64,000 bases of DNA from an uncultured Dehalococcoidia bacterium (GTDB taxonomy: Bacteria; Chloroflexota; Dehalococcoidia; GIF9; UBA5629). Shown here in pieces: positions 10,543-19,920 of this stretch (the first letter of the stretch is position 1; each line of letters opens with the position of its first letter). Location of the stretch: contig CALJTV010000009.1 in assembly GCA_937975645.1 (NCBI GenBank), forward strand, positions 24,850 to 88,849. The letters run 5' to 3'. The position numbers and the translations under genes were made by a program. A model generated the notes under the pieces. It was not told the origin of the DNA. It did no database searches and worked only from the letters and a program-made list of their open reading frames with translations.

Positions 10543-10582
10543 ATTATAGCAACTGATATAAATCATGTCAACCATGATTATA
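10543..10582 (-). promoter_or_regulatory. Consensus sigma70 promoter of hspR-clpB with an inverted repeat over the -35
   Basis: TTGACA(10571-10566)-N17-TATAAT(10548-10543); ATATAAATCATG-tcaac-CATGATTATATA inverted repeat. Confidence 0.75.
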
Positions 10583-10693
10583 TAGTCTGTAGATTTTTGC
10601 TTTGCAACAGGGGGAACATGCTTTGGTCTCGGGTGTTAGCGGGTGATTGCTGTGCTTGCTCAGGGAGATACATTAAAGTAAAATTCGTATGCT

Positions 10694-13006
10694 ATGGTTC
10701 GGGCAAAGAAACTGGAGTCAGCTAGGATCAGTGCTCGCGGTGTCGTTCAAGGTGTTGGTTTCAGACCTTTTGTATATCAGCTAGCGACTAAATACAATTT
10801 GAAGGGATGGGTCTGCAACACCTCGGAGGATGTGAGCATAGAAATTCAGGGAGAGCGCAGTCGGTTGGAGCAGTTTGTTGCTGAACTTCAAAACAATGCT
10901 CCACCGTTAGCGCGTATAGAGGAGGTGGTGGTGACCTATCGTCCCTGTGACGATTGCACCTATACAACGTTTGAAATACGACAAAGCATTGCTCAGGAGG
11001 GCAAGTACCAGCTTGTTTCGCCTGATATTGCGACTTGTGATGCTTGTTTGCGGGAAGTCTTTGACCCAGAGGACAGACGTTATCGCTATCCATTCACCAA
11101 TTGCACCAATTGTGGTCCGCGTTTTACTATCATAGAAGACATCCCTTATGACCGTCCTAAGACAACCATGCGGGCCTTCCGGATGTGCCCTGATTGTGAG
11201 GCTGAATACCATGACCCTCTAGACCGCCGCTTTCACGCGCAGCCCAACGCCTGTCCTAAGTGCGGACCGAGGCTCGAGCTGCTCGATGGTTGTGGCGAGA
11301 CTGTTGAGGTGACTGATGTGATCTCCGAAGCTTGTAAGCTATTGCTTGCAGGCAAAATCGTGGCGGTGAAGGGTCTTGGCGGGTTTTTGCTGGCTTGTGA
11401 TGCCACCAATGAGCAGGCAGTGGAGCTGCTTCGCCGTAGAAAGAGGCGACCTTTTAAACCTTTCGCGGTGATGGTCGCCAGTGTGGAAGAGGCAAAAAAG
11501 CACTGCTATGTATCCGAAGCCGAGGAGAAAATACTCGTGTCACCCCAGTCGCCTATAGTCTTGATGTGGTGGAAGCCAGAGTCGACCATTTGTCATGCTG
11601 TGGCACCGGACTTGAAATATCTGGGGGTAATGCTCCCTTACACTCCTTTGCACCATCTTCTGATGCGGCAGGTGAGGGTGCCTCTGGTGATGACTAGCGG
11701 CAATATCAGCGAGGAGCCAATAGCCAAGGACAACGATGAGGCTTTAAGGCGGCTTTCCGGGATTGCCGATTATTTTGTGACGCATGACCGGGACATCTAT
11801 GCCAGGTATGATGATAGTGTGGTTATTGTTGAAAGGGGGCAGTTTCAATTGTGCCGCCGGGCACGTGGTTATGCCCCCTATCCTATCCACCTCAAGTTCC
11901 GTGCTAGGCAAGTGCTTGGTTGTGGGGCAGAGGAGAAAAATACCTTCTGCCTGATCAAGGACAATTATGCTTTTGTCAGCCAGCATATCGGTGATATGGA
12001 AAACCTGGAGACCTTAGAACATTTTGAAAGCACGCTGAATCTTTATAAAAAATTGTTTCGTGTTCAACCGGAGGTGGTAGCTTATGACCTCCACCCTGAG
12101 TATCTTCCTACCAAGTATGCCATTGAACTTGGTTCAAAGGAAAAGGGTATTACGCTGGTTCCGGTGCAACACCATCACGCACATATAGTTAGCTGCATGG
12201 TAGACAATGGGTTTGACGAACCAGTCATAGGCGTTGCCTTTGATGGTACAGGGTATGGCAGCGATGGTTATATCTGGGGTGGGGAATTCTTGATAGTGGA
12301 CTACAGAAAATCACAGAGAGTGGGACATCTGGAGTATTTGCCTTTACCTGGTGGGGCAACAGCCATAAAGCGTCCTTATCGCGTCGCCATTGGTTATGCC
12401 ATTAAGCTGCTGGGCGAGGAAGCTCTCGCTGGGTTAGAGATATTGGAGCGGGTTGATCCGGTTGAGGTGGATGTCATCAGACATCAGATTAAGAGCGGAT
12501 TTAATTCCCCGCTAACTTCCAGCATGGGGCGCCTTTTTGACGCGGTTTCTGCCCTTCTAGGGGTCAGAAGCACTGTCGATTACGAGGGACAGGCAGCGGT
12601 TGAGTTAGAGATGGTAGCTTATGATGCTGACAGCCGGTTCAGCAAGGGCTGTTATCCGTTCTCCATAGTTGCGCGGGACGGTATTAATGTGGTCTATCTG
12701 AGTGAGCTTTTTGCGGGGATAGTCGCAGACTTGTATAATAAGCTGGATGTACCGACGATTTCGGCAAAATTTCATACCACCGTGGCAAGGTTAATTTTGG
12801 AAATGTGTCAGCTTATCAGGGAACAGACAGGGATAAAGCATGTGGTGCTGAGCGGCGGGGTTTTTCAAAACCGTTTGCTGCTCAGGAAAGTCATACCTTT
12901 GCTGGAAGGTTTCGGCTTTTCGGTATTGACTCACAGGCAAGTACCTTGCAATGACGGTGGGATTTCGCTGGGTCAAGCGGTGGTAGCTAATTTTAGCGCT
13001 AGTTGA
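10694..13006 (+). CDS. hypF: Carbamoyltransferase HypF
   Basis: GVVQGVGFRPF acylphosphatase domain, CxxC Zn fingers, KGLGGF, QHHHAH, NDGGISLGQ. Confidence 0.97.
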   Translation: MVRAKKLESARISARGVVQGVGFRPFVYQLATKYNLKGWVCNTSEDVSIEIQGERSRLEQFVAELQNNAPPLARIEEVVVTYRPCDDCTYTTFEIRQSIAQEGKYQLVSPDIATCDACLREVFDPEDRRYRYPFTNCTNCGPRFTIIEDIPYDRPKTTMRAFRMCPDCEAEYHDPLDRRFHAQPNACPKCGPRLELLDGCGETVEVTDVISEACKLLLAGKIVAVKGLGGFLLACDATNEQAVELLRRRKRRPFKPFAVMVASVEEAKKHCYVSEAEEKILVSPQSPIVLMWWKPESTICHAVAPDLKYLGVMLPYTPLHHLLMRQVRVPLVMTSGNISEEPIAKDNDEALRRLSGIADYFVTHDRDIYARYDDSVVIVERGQFQLCRRARGYAPYPIHLKFRARQVLGCGAEEKNTFCLIKDNYAFVSQHIGDMENLETLEHFESTLNLYKKLFRVQPEVVAYDLHPEYLPTKYAIELGSKEKGITLVPVQHHHAHIVSCMVDNGFDEPVIGVAFDGTGYGSDGYIWGGEFLIVDYRKSQRVGHLEYLPLPGGATAIKRPYRVAIGYAIKLLGEEALAGLEILERVDPVEVDVIRHQIKSGFNSPLTSSMGRLFDAVSALLGVRSTVDYEGQAAVELEMVAYDADSRFSKGCYPFSIVARDGINVVYLSELFAGIVADLYNKLDVPTISAKFHTTVARLILEMCQLIREQTGIKHVVLSGGVFQNRLLLRKVIPLLEGFGFSVLTHRQVPCNDGGISLGQAVVANFSAS

Positions 13007-13019
13007 CAGGAGAAAAACT

Positions 13020-13274
13020 ATGTGTCTAGCAGTGCCTGTACAAGTTATCGGGGTTTATGGTGACGAAGCTGAAGTTGATATCGGTGGTGTGAGGCGGCGT
13101 GTAAGCATTGTGTTGACACCTGAAGTACAGGTGGGCGACTATGTACTGCTTCACACCGGTTATGCTATAAACGTCATTGATGAAGCCGAGGCACAGGAAA
13201 CGTTGCAGATCCTTGCGGAGATGGCGCAAGTGGATGGGGAACTTCCCGATAACGTGTCGGGAAGCAGGAACTGA
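13020..13274 (+). CDS. hypC: Hydrogenase maturation chaperone
   Basis: MCLAVP N-terminus, GDYVLLHTGYAI. Confidence 0.96.
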   Translation: MCLAVPVQVIGVYGDEAEVDIGGVRRRVSIVLTPEVQVGDYVLLHTGYAINVIDEAEAQETLQILAEMAQVDGELPDNVSGSRN

Positions 13275-13299
13275 GAACAAGTGTCGTAATGTCGCGCCG

Positions 13300-13983
13300 A
13301 TGTTTTTTGCTCTCTTGATTACTCTTTTACTTGTTGGTTGTATTTCTCCAGCGACGTTTTTAGGTGGTGCTGACGTTGCAGACCATGGGAGTGGAACCGA
13401 TCTTGGCTTTGTGTGTGAAGAGGTCTTGCAACACCTGAAGGCGGCCAAGCAAATAGTCTCCCAGATAAGTAGCTTTACCTGGGCAGAGTTTACCACTTTA
13501 GGTGTCGTTCTGCCTCCACCGGGGGTGTGTGCTACCGGGACGACCTATCTTGCAGAGAAGAATTCTGTACCCATCGGGCTTGGTTGGATGCCGCTTACAG
13601 ACAAACTGTCTTTCCGGGCTACTGCCGATAACCTTGCGGTTGTTTGTGACAATTGTCTTTCCCTAGCTGGAAAGGTGTGCTTAGCTGATAAAGGGCTGCC
13701 TCTAGATGAGAGGCAAGAGCTGTGGTACCAGCTAGATTCGGCACTAACTGGTGCTGTGTATCTTGTTTCAGCTCACAAAGATGTTGTAGCGCACCAGGTC
13801 GTTCCGGAAACGGAGTCCCAGTTTGGGCGCTCTAGCGATGATATCAGAAAGAAATATGGTTATAAATTCAAGGCTTGGTGTGATCAGTACTTTATTTTAC
13901 TCGATGGTCTTCAGTATCACCTTGAGAAAGCAAAACAAACAGCTTCAATCATGAGTAGGGAACAAGATGAAGTTTATCGATGA
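13300..13983 (+). CDS. Hypothetical lipoprotein (start 13300, or 13234)
   Basis: Open frame fills the hypC-hypD gap and overlaps the hypD start; hydrophobic stretch FFALLITLLLVGC with lipobox; no recognised family. Confidence 0.65.
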   Translation: MFFALLITLLLVGCISPATFLGGADVADHGSGTDLGFVCEEVLQHLKAAKQIVSQISSFTWAEFTTLGVVLPPPGVCATGTTYLAEKNSVPIGLGWMPLTDKLSFRATADNLAVVCDNCLSLAGKVCLADKGLPLDERQELWYQLDSALTGAVYLVSAHKDVVAHQVVPETESQFGRSSDDIRKKYGYKFKAWCDQYFILLDGLQYHLEKAKQTASIMSREQDEVYR

Positions 13984-15049
13984 GTTCCGGAATGTCGATC
14001 TGGGCAAGGGTATAATCGCCAAGATCCACAAGTTGTCTACCAGGCCAGTGGCACTGATGGAATTTTGTGGTGGACATACGGTGTCTATTATGAGGAATGG
14101 GATACGGCAATTGTTACCGCCCGCAGTCCGGCTGCTTTCCGGTCCTGGATGTCCAGTATGTGTTACCGCTAATGTAGATATAGACACCGCGATTGCTTTG
14201 GCTGGCTTGCCCGATGTAATAATTACCACCTTTGGAGATATGTTGAAAGTGCCTGGGAGCTACTCTAGTCTGCAGAAAGCCAGAGCCGATGGCGCAGACA
14301 TAAGGGTTGTCTATTCTACTCAGGATGCTCTGCAGATTGCTCGGGCAAACCCGGCGCATAAAGTTGTCTTTATCGGCATCGGGTTTGAGACCACGGCGCC
14401 GACGATCGCTGCTGCGGTGCTTCAGGCTAAAACTGAGGGGATAAGAAACTTTTATGTCCTCTGCCTGTTGAAATTGTGTCCGCCGGTTATGAAGGCATTG
14501 CTCGATTTAGGTGAGATCAAGCTAGACGGCATAATTTGTCCCGGACACGTGAGCGCTATTATCGGTTCCAAGCCTTACGAGTTCATCCCTAAAGAGTATG
14601 GCGTTGCCTGTGTGGTCTCCGGATTTGAACCGCTTGACATATTACTTTCCGTAGCTATGCTAGTAAATCAGATAGAGATGGGAAAGCCCTGTGTGGAGAT
14701 AGCTTACCGTCGTGGGGTCAAACCGGGAGGTAATGTGAGGGCTTTGCAGCTTATCGATACTGTATTCGAAGTTAGCGAGGCTGACTGGCGTGGCATCGGG
14801 AGCGTTCCACTCAGCGGCTTAAAATTTAGGAAGGAGTTTGAGCAATTCGATGCGCGTTCGCAGTTTACGGTCAGTATCCCGCCTGTTAGGGAAGCAAGAG
14901 GGTGTCTATGTGGTGCCATCTTGCGTGGGGTGAACACGCCAGTCGATTGCGCTCTATTTCGTGAAGTGTGCACGCCTGAAAGCCCTGTTGGTCCGTGTAT
15001 GGTGTCGTCAGAAGGTGCGTGTGCCGCCTACTATCAGTACGGGGTGTGA
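13967..15049 (+). CDS. hypD: Hydrogenase formation protein HypD
   Basis: MEFCGGHT, GPGCPVC, GFETT, PGHVS, CMVSSEGACAAYY. Confidence 0.97.
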   Translation: MKFIDEFRNVDLGKGIIAKIHKLSTRPVALMEFCGGHTVSIMRNGIRQLLPPAVRLLSGPGCPVCVTANVDIDTAIALAGLPDVIITTFGDMLKVPGSYSSLQKARADGADIRVVYSTQDALQIARANPAHKVVFIGIGFETTAPTIAAAVLQAKTEGIRNFYVLCLLKLCPPVMKALLDLGEIKLDGIICPGHVSAIIGSKPYEFIPKEYGVACVVSGFEPLDILLSVAMLVNQIEMGKPCVEIAYRRGVKPGGNVRALQLIDTVFEVSEADWRGIGSVPLSGLKFRKEFEQFDARSQFTVSIPPVREARGCLCGAILRGVNTPVDCALFREVCTPESPVGPCMVSSEGACAAYYQYGV

Positions 15050-15050
15050 T

Positions 15051-16067
15051 ATGAGAGACAGAAACAGGACTATTCTTCTTGCTCACGGCAGTGGAAGCAA
15101 AATCAGCCACGAACTTATAGAGAAAAAACTCGTACCACCTTTAGCCAATCCGATACTCTGCCGGCTTGATGATTCTGCTGTTTTTGAACTTAATGGTTCC
15201 CGTTTTGCTTTTACTACTGATAGCTATGTTGTGAGTCCTATTTTCTTTCCTGGCGGTGACATCGGTCGGCTGGCAGTCTGTGGCACTGTAAACGATTTAG
15301 CTATGAACGGTGCGAGTCCGTTATATCTCAGCCTGTCTTTTATTATCGAGGAGGGGCTTAGCTTTGAGGAGCTTGAACGGGTGCTCGATTCTATCAGAGA
15401 TGCTGCTGTGGAGGCAGGGGTAAGCATAATCACTGGCGATACTAAGGTGGTGAACAGAGGGACTGCCGACAAGTTGTTTATCAACACCTCGGGCATAGGT
15501 GCAGTGATGGATGGGGGGAATATTTCCGGTGCCAATGCCCAAGTCGGGGACAAGATAATTCTTAGCGGGTCTATTGGTGACCATGGTATTGCCGTGATGA
15601 GCCAGCGCGAAGGATTGAGGTTCTCTGTGCCTGTCCAAAGCGATTGCGCTCCATTAAATAAAATGGTAGCAGGAATGCTTGCTGTCTCATCGAAGATACA
15701 CTGTCTCCGCGATCCCACTCGTGGAGGACTTGCTACCACACTTAATGAAATAGCCCAGCAGTCCGACGTTGGCATAAAGATAGAAGAGGAGAAGATAGTT
15801 GTTCATGATGGCGTAAGAGCAGCCTGCGAACTACTTGGTTTCGACCCTCTTTATGTTGCTAACGAGGGTAAGCTGGTCGCCTTTGTTGCTCCCGAGGATG
15901 CAGAGAAGGTTCTGGAGAAGATACGGCAAGACCGCTATGGAGGTGAGGCTGCTATTATTGGGGAGGTGACTGGGGACCATAGGGGCAAGGTGGTGATGAA
16001 GACCAGACTGGGTGCCTCACGTATTGTGGACATGCTCGCTGGGGAGCTCTTGCCCAGAATTTGCTAG
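15051..16067 (+). CDS. hypE: Carbamoyl dehydratase HypE
   Basis: AHGSG, TTDSYVV, FFPGGDIG, DPTRGG, C-terminal PRIC. Confidence 0.97.
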   Translation: MRDRNRTILLAHGSGSKISHELIEKKLVPPLANPILCRLDDSAVFELNGSRFAFTTDSYVVSPIFFPGGDIGRLAVCGTVNDLAMNGASPLYLSLSFIIEEGLSFEELERVLDSIRDAAVEAGVSIITGDTKVVNRGTADKLFINTSGIGAVMDGGNISGANAQVGDKIILSGSIGDHGIAVMSQREGLRFSVPVQSDCAPLNKMVAGMLAVSSKIHCLRDPTRGGLATTLNEIAQQSDVGIKIEEEKIVVHDGVRAACELLGFDPLYVANEGKLVAFVAPEDAEKVLEKIRQDRYGGEAAIIGEVTGDHRGKVVMKTRLGASRIVDMLAGELLPRIC

Positions 16068-16231
16068 ACTGTCATTTTTTGATACGCAGCTAGTTCGTTT
16101 CTCGGTAGTTGTTGGAGCGGTCATCAACTGTGCCGAGTTGTCCATCTCCGACTATGGTGTTTGCAGTAGCGCCTATAAATGGGTAAAATATGGGCTTGGC
16201 AATCTTGCCTTGTTAAGAGAAAGGAGGCTCC

Positions 16232-17122
16232 ATGGCTAAAGTTAAGGTTCAGGAAGTCCCTGTGGTGTGGATACAAACTGGCAGTTGTACTGGTTGTTCA
16301 GTTTCAGTCTTGAACTCTGTTAGCCCCAGCATCAAAAACGTGCTTATTGACGAAGTTGTTCCCGGAACACATATCAGTCTCAGGTTTCAGGCAACTGTAA
16401 TGGCAGGCCAGGGAGAAGCTGTGCTTAAAGTTCTTGAAGGTACACCGAAGAAGGACAGGGATGGCTATCTTTTGGTGGTTGAGGGTGCTATACCTACAAA
16501 GGACGGCGGGATCTATGGCACTCTAGGGGAGAGAGATGGCAAACCTTTACCGATGGTGGTATGGGTCGAAGAGTTAGTCAAGAATGCTGTGGCGATAGTT
16601 GCTCTAGGCACGTGTGCTGCGTTCGGTGGTATAGCTGCCGGTAGCCCTAATCCCGGTGGCTATTCTGGTGTCGATAGTCTTTTGAAGGAGCGAAGAATCA
16701 ATAAACCACTGATAAACGTGCCAGGCTGTCCGCCTCACCCTGACTGGTTTGTAGGCACCATAGCTGCGATACTGCTCCAAGGTTTGCCTAAACCAGAAGA
16801 CTTGGACGAGTTCAAGCGCCCTAAGGCTTTCTATGGGAAGTTGATCCACGAAAATTGTCCGCGGCGGGCTTATTTTGACGAGGGAAAATTTGCCAGAAAG
16901 TTCGGTGAGCCGGGGTGCCTTAATGAACTTGGTTGTAAGGGGCCAGTGACCTATGCCGATTGTCCTCTCAGACTGTGGAATCACGGGACCAACTGGTGTA
17001 TCGGTGCCGGATCGCCTTGCATTGGCTGCTGTGAACCGGGATTCCCGGACCTGATGGCACCGTTCTATCAGAAACTTACTGATGCCGCATTACCTGCCAT
17101 AGGTGTGGAGCAGAAGAAGTAG
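16232..17122 (+). CDS. [NiFe]-hydrogenase small subunit, group-1a-like, no Tat signal or membrane anchor
   Basis: CTGC, GTCAAFGG, GCPP, distal H-x-x-C...C...C, medial WC...CIGC (Cys in place of Pro, suggesting a [4Fe-4S] medial cluster). N-terminus lacks RRxFLK; strong AAGGAGG RBS. Confidence 0.92.
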   Translation: MAKVKVQEVPVVWIQTGSCTGCSVSVLNSVSPSIKNVLIDEVVPGTHISLRFQATVMAGQGEAVLKVLEGTPKKDRDGYLLVVEGAIPTKDGGIYGTLGERDGKPLPMVVWVEELVKNAVAIVALGTCAAFGGIAAGSPNPGGYSGVDSLLKERRINKPLINVPGCPPHPDWFVGTIAAILLQGLPKPEDLDEFKRPKAFYGKLIHENCPRRAYFDEGKFARKFGEPGCLNELGCKGPVTYADCPLRLWNHGTNWCIGAGSPCIGCCEPGFPDLMAPFYQKLTDAALPAIGVEQKK

Positions 17123-17153
17123 CACATTTGAGAAAGATGCAGGAGGGTTAGAA

Positions 17154-18713
17154 TTGAGCAAGATTACAGTAGATCCGGTCACTCGTATTGAAGGGCATCT
17201 TAAAATAGAGGTTGTTGTGGAGAAAGGCGTGGTCAAGGACGCTTATAGTTCGGGGATGATGTTTCGTGGCATTGAGCTGATTTTGCGAGGAAGAGACCCT
17301 CGTGATGCTCAGAGGTATACTCAGCGAATTTGCGGAGTCTGTCCTACCAGCCACTCCATAGCAGCTGCGTTGAACCTAGACAGTGCTTTTGGTCTCGCTG
17401 ACAAGATACCTGACAACGGGCGTATTGTGCGCAATCTCATTCTCGGAGCAGCCCACATTGCTGACCATATCTTGCACTTCTATCATCTGGCTGCGCTCGA
17501 CTATGTCGATGTGACCAAGGTGGCTAAGTACGATGGTAATGACCCTGCGCTCAACTCGGTAAAGCGGTTTATTGAGCGTGGGGAGCTGGCACCGTTTGTA
17601 CCTCGATATGAGGGAGACTATCGCCTGAGCGACAAGATGAACATAGAGGCTACAGCTCACTATGTGAAGGCGCTGGAGATGAGACGCAAAGCTCAGGAGA
17701 TGCTAACTATTTTTGGGGGCAAGATGCCTCACAATATGGCTGTGGTTCCCGGTGGTGTTACCGAAATTGTTACTGTAGACAAGATAGCCTCTTTCTTATG
17801 GAGGCTCAATGAGCTCAGGGAATTTATCGATAACGTCTATATACCTGATGTTCTTGCTGTAGCCGAGGCTTATTCTGACTACTTTGAGATCGGTACAGGG
17901 TGTGGTAACCTGCTCTCTTATGGGCTGTGGGATCTGGAGGGAAATAACCCCGATTACACCAAACGGAAGAGGTTGATCAAGCAGGGTACGGTATCTATGG
18001 ATCTAAAGGTGGGCAGTCTGGATCCCAATAAGATCGCCGAGTATGTGAAGTACTCGTGGTATGCAGATTCAAGCACAGGGAAGCATCCCACTCAAGGTGT
18101 GACCGACCCGCAGTATGGTAAAAAGGGAGCCTATTCTTGGGTAAAAGCACCGCGGTACGATGGCAAAGTTTATGAGGTAGGACCGCTGGCTGGCATAGCT
18201 GTTACCTATGCAAGCGGCGAGCCAGCAGTAAAGAACCTCGTTGATTCTGTGCTGTCGAAATTTAAAGCGAGCCCGAAGGCGCTATTTTCAGTGCTGGGCA
18301 GGCATGCCGCCCGCGCCTTGATAACTAAATACGTTGCTGATAGTATGCCCGAGTGGCTGCTTCAGCTTAAACCTGGTGAGCCAGCTTATATAGACTATCA
18401 GATACCCGATCAGGCTCTTGGTATGGGGCTCACAGATGCTGCTAGGGGTGCTCTGGGGCATTGGGTGGAGATAAAAGATAAGAAAATTGCCAACTACCAG
18501 TGTGTGGTGCCCAGCACATGGAACATGAGCCCGAGGGATGACCGGGACCAGCCCGGTCCTGTGGAGCAGGCTCTCATTGGCACCAAGATAAAGGACGAAA
18601 AAAATCCGTTTGAAATAGGGCGCATTGTGCGCTCTTTCGATCCCTGCTTAGCTTGCGCTATCCATTTGATTAGACCGAAGGGGGAAATTGTTGGGACGTT
18701 CAGGACCGGTTAG
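17154..18713 (+). CDS. [NiFe]-hydrogenase large subunit, group-1a-like
   Basis: DPVTRIEGH, L1 TQRICGVCPTSH, L2 SFDPCLACAIH plus a 15-aa cleavable tail; TTG start after AGGAGG. Confidence 0.95.
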   Translation: MSKITVDPVTRIEGHLKIEVVVEKGVVKDAYSSGMMFRGIELILRGRDPRDAQRYTQRICGVCPTSHSIAAALNLDSAFGLADKIPDNGRIVRNLILGAAHIADHILHFYHLAALDYVDVTKVAKYDGNDPALNSVKRFIERGELAPFVPRYEGDYRLSDKMNIEATAHYVKALEMRRKAQEMLTIFGGKMPHNMAVVPGGVTEIVTVDKIASFLWRLNELREFIDNVYIPDVLAVAEAYSDYFEIGTGCGNLLSYGLWDLEGNNPDYTKRKRLIKQGTVSMDLKVGSLDPNKIAEYVKYSWYADSSTGKHPTQGVTDPQYGKKGAYSWVKAPRYDGKVYEVGPLAGIAVTYASGEPAVKNLVDSVLSKFKASPKALFSVLGRHAARALITKYVADSMPEWLLQLKPGEPAYIDYQIPDQALGMGLTDAARGALGHWVEIKDKKIANYQCVVPSTWNMSPRDDRDQPGPVEQALIGTKIKDEKNPFEIGRIVRSFDPCLACAIHLIRPKGEIVGTFRTG

Positions 18714-19215
18714 TAACAACGAAGGTTTTGCCCGTTGTCCAGAGATCGCCGTGGTTGGCGTCGGTAATGTACTGTTGAGCGACGATGGCGCAGGTGTACA
18801 TTTAGTCCACAGACTAGCTGAAAGGATCGACGATAGCGATGTTGCCATTGTCGATGCTGGCACTGTACCCGAGCTGTTTTTGCTAGCAGATGAGAGGATT
18901 AAGAAATTGATTTTTGTTGACGCTGCTAGGGGAGGGGGACTACCTGGCTCCATATATCGTTTCACTTTGGACGATCTTGAGGCGTCATCTGGGCTACCGG
19001 TTTCGTTGCATGACCTCACTTTGTTGGATAATCTGAGGTTATCGGAGCTTTTGGGTAGGAGACCGGAGTCTGTAATTATCATAGGTATAGAGCCGGCGAC
19101 TACCGATTTTGGTATACAGCTTTCTCTCGAGGTTGAGGAGGCATTGCCTAAAGCAATAGAGTTGGTGCTCAAGGAGATCGAAGAGTTTTCAAAACAGTCT
19201 ACGGAGGTAAAGTGA
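18688..19215 (+). CDS. Hydrogenase maturation endopeptidase (HyaD/HybD family)
   Basis: VGVGNVLLSDDGAG, VDAGT, FVDA, SLH, IGIEP; start uncertain. Confidence 0.9.
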   Translation: MLGRSGPVSNNEGFARCPEIAVVGVGNVLLSDDGAGVHLVHRLAERIDDSDVAIVDAGTVPELFLLADERIKKLIFVDAARGGGLPGSIYRFTLDDLEASSGLPVSLHDLTLLDNLRLSELLGRRPESVIIIGIEPATTDFGIQLSLEVEEALPKAIELVLKEIEEFSKQSTEVK

Positions 19216-19216
19216 C

Positions 19217-19900
19217 ATGATAGTGTCTCAGTTAAAGCCGCTACAGGAGATCCTTGGCTATTTGAATGGGGAAAGAAGCGTTTTCATAGTGGGTTGCAAG
19301 GGGTGTGCTGAAGTATGCCATACGGGCGATGAGGCACAAGTATTGGACATGAAGCAAAAGCTAGAACAGGAGGGTAAGGCCGTCACTGGGTATTGTGTGA
19401 TCGACTTTCTCTGTGACAAAGCGCTGGTAAAGATGCGGTTAATGGCTCACCAAAGCGAGATACAGGCTGCGGACTCTCTGTTAGTTATGACTTGTGGGAT
19501 TGGGGTACAGGCTGTAGCTGCAGTGGTCAATAAGCTAGTTCACCCAGCGGCCAACACTATCAATATGGGGGGGAGTAGGGGTGAGTGGCGTGGTGCCGAA
19601 CGTTGTCGTGAATGTGGTGATTGTGTTCTGGATATGACTGCTGGTATATGTCCTTTGACTGCATGTACTAAGGGGCTGCTAAACGGGCCGTGTGGCGGTG
19701 CCAAAGATGGCAGGTGCGAGGTCGAACCGGAGGTCAGGGAATGTGGCTGGCACCTTATTTATGAGAGACTGAATAAGCTTGGCAGACTGGACAAAATGAC
19801 CGGTCGCCCGGTGCTGAAAGACTACAGGAAAATGATGCCGCCAAAAGAACTGAGGTCGACGTTAATGTGGGCGCTGGAACAGCAGGAGACCAAAGTCTAG
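19217..19900 (+). CDS. metV: Methylene-THF reductase Fe-S/Zn subunit MetV
   Basis: GCxGCAxxC, CGIG, CxxCGDC, CPxxxCxKGLLNGPCGG, CEV, CGW; precedes metF. Confidence 0.9.
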   Translation: MIVSQLKPLQEILGYLNGERSVFIVGCKGCAEVCHTGDEAQVLDMKQKLEQEGKAVTGYCVIDFLCDKALVKMRLMAHQSEIQAADSLLVMTCGIGVQAVAAVVNKLVHPAANTINMGGSRGEWRGAERCRECGDCVLDMTAGICPLTACTKGLLNGPCGGAKDGRCEVEPEVRECGWHLIYERLNKLGRLDKMTGRPVLKDYRKMMPPKELRSTLMWALEQQETKV

Positions 19901-19920
19901 CAACCTGTTAAAGGAGGTAA

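Noticed and set aside
18640..18670. Possible selenocysteine ([NiFeSe]) hydrogenase
   Set aside because: The L2 motif is encoded with TGC Cys codons (DPCLAC); there is no in-frame TGA.
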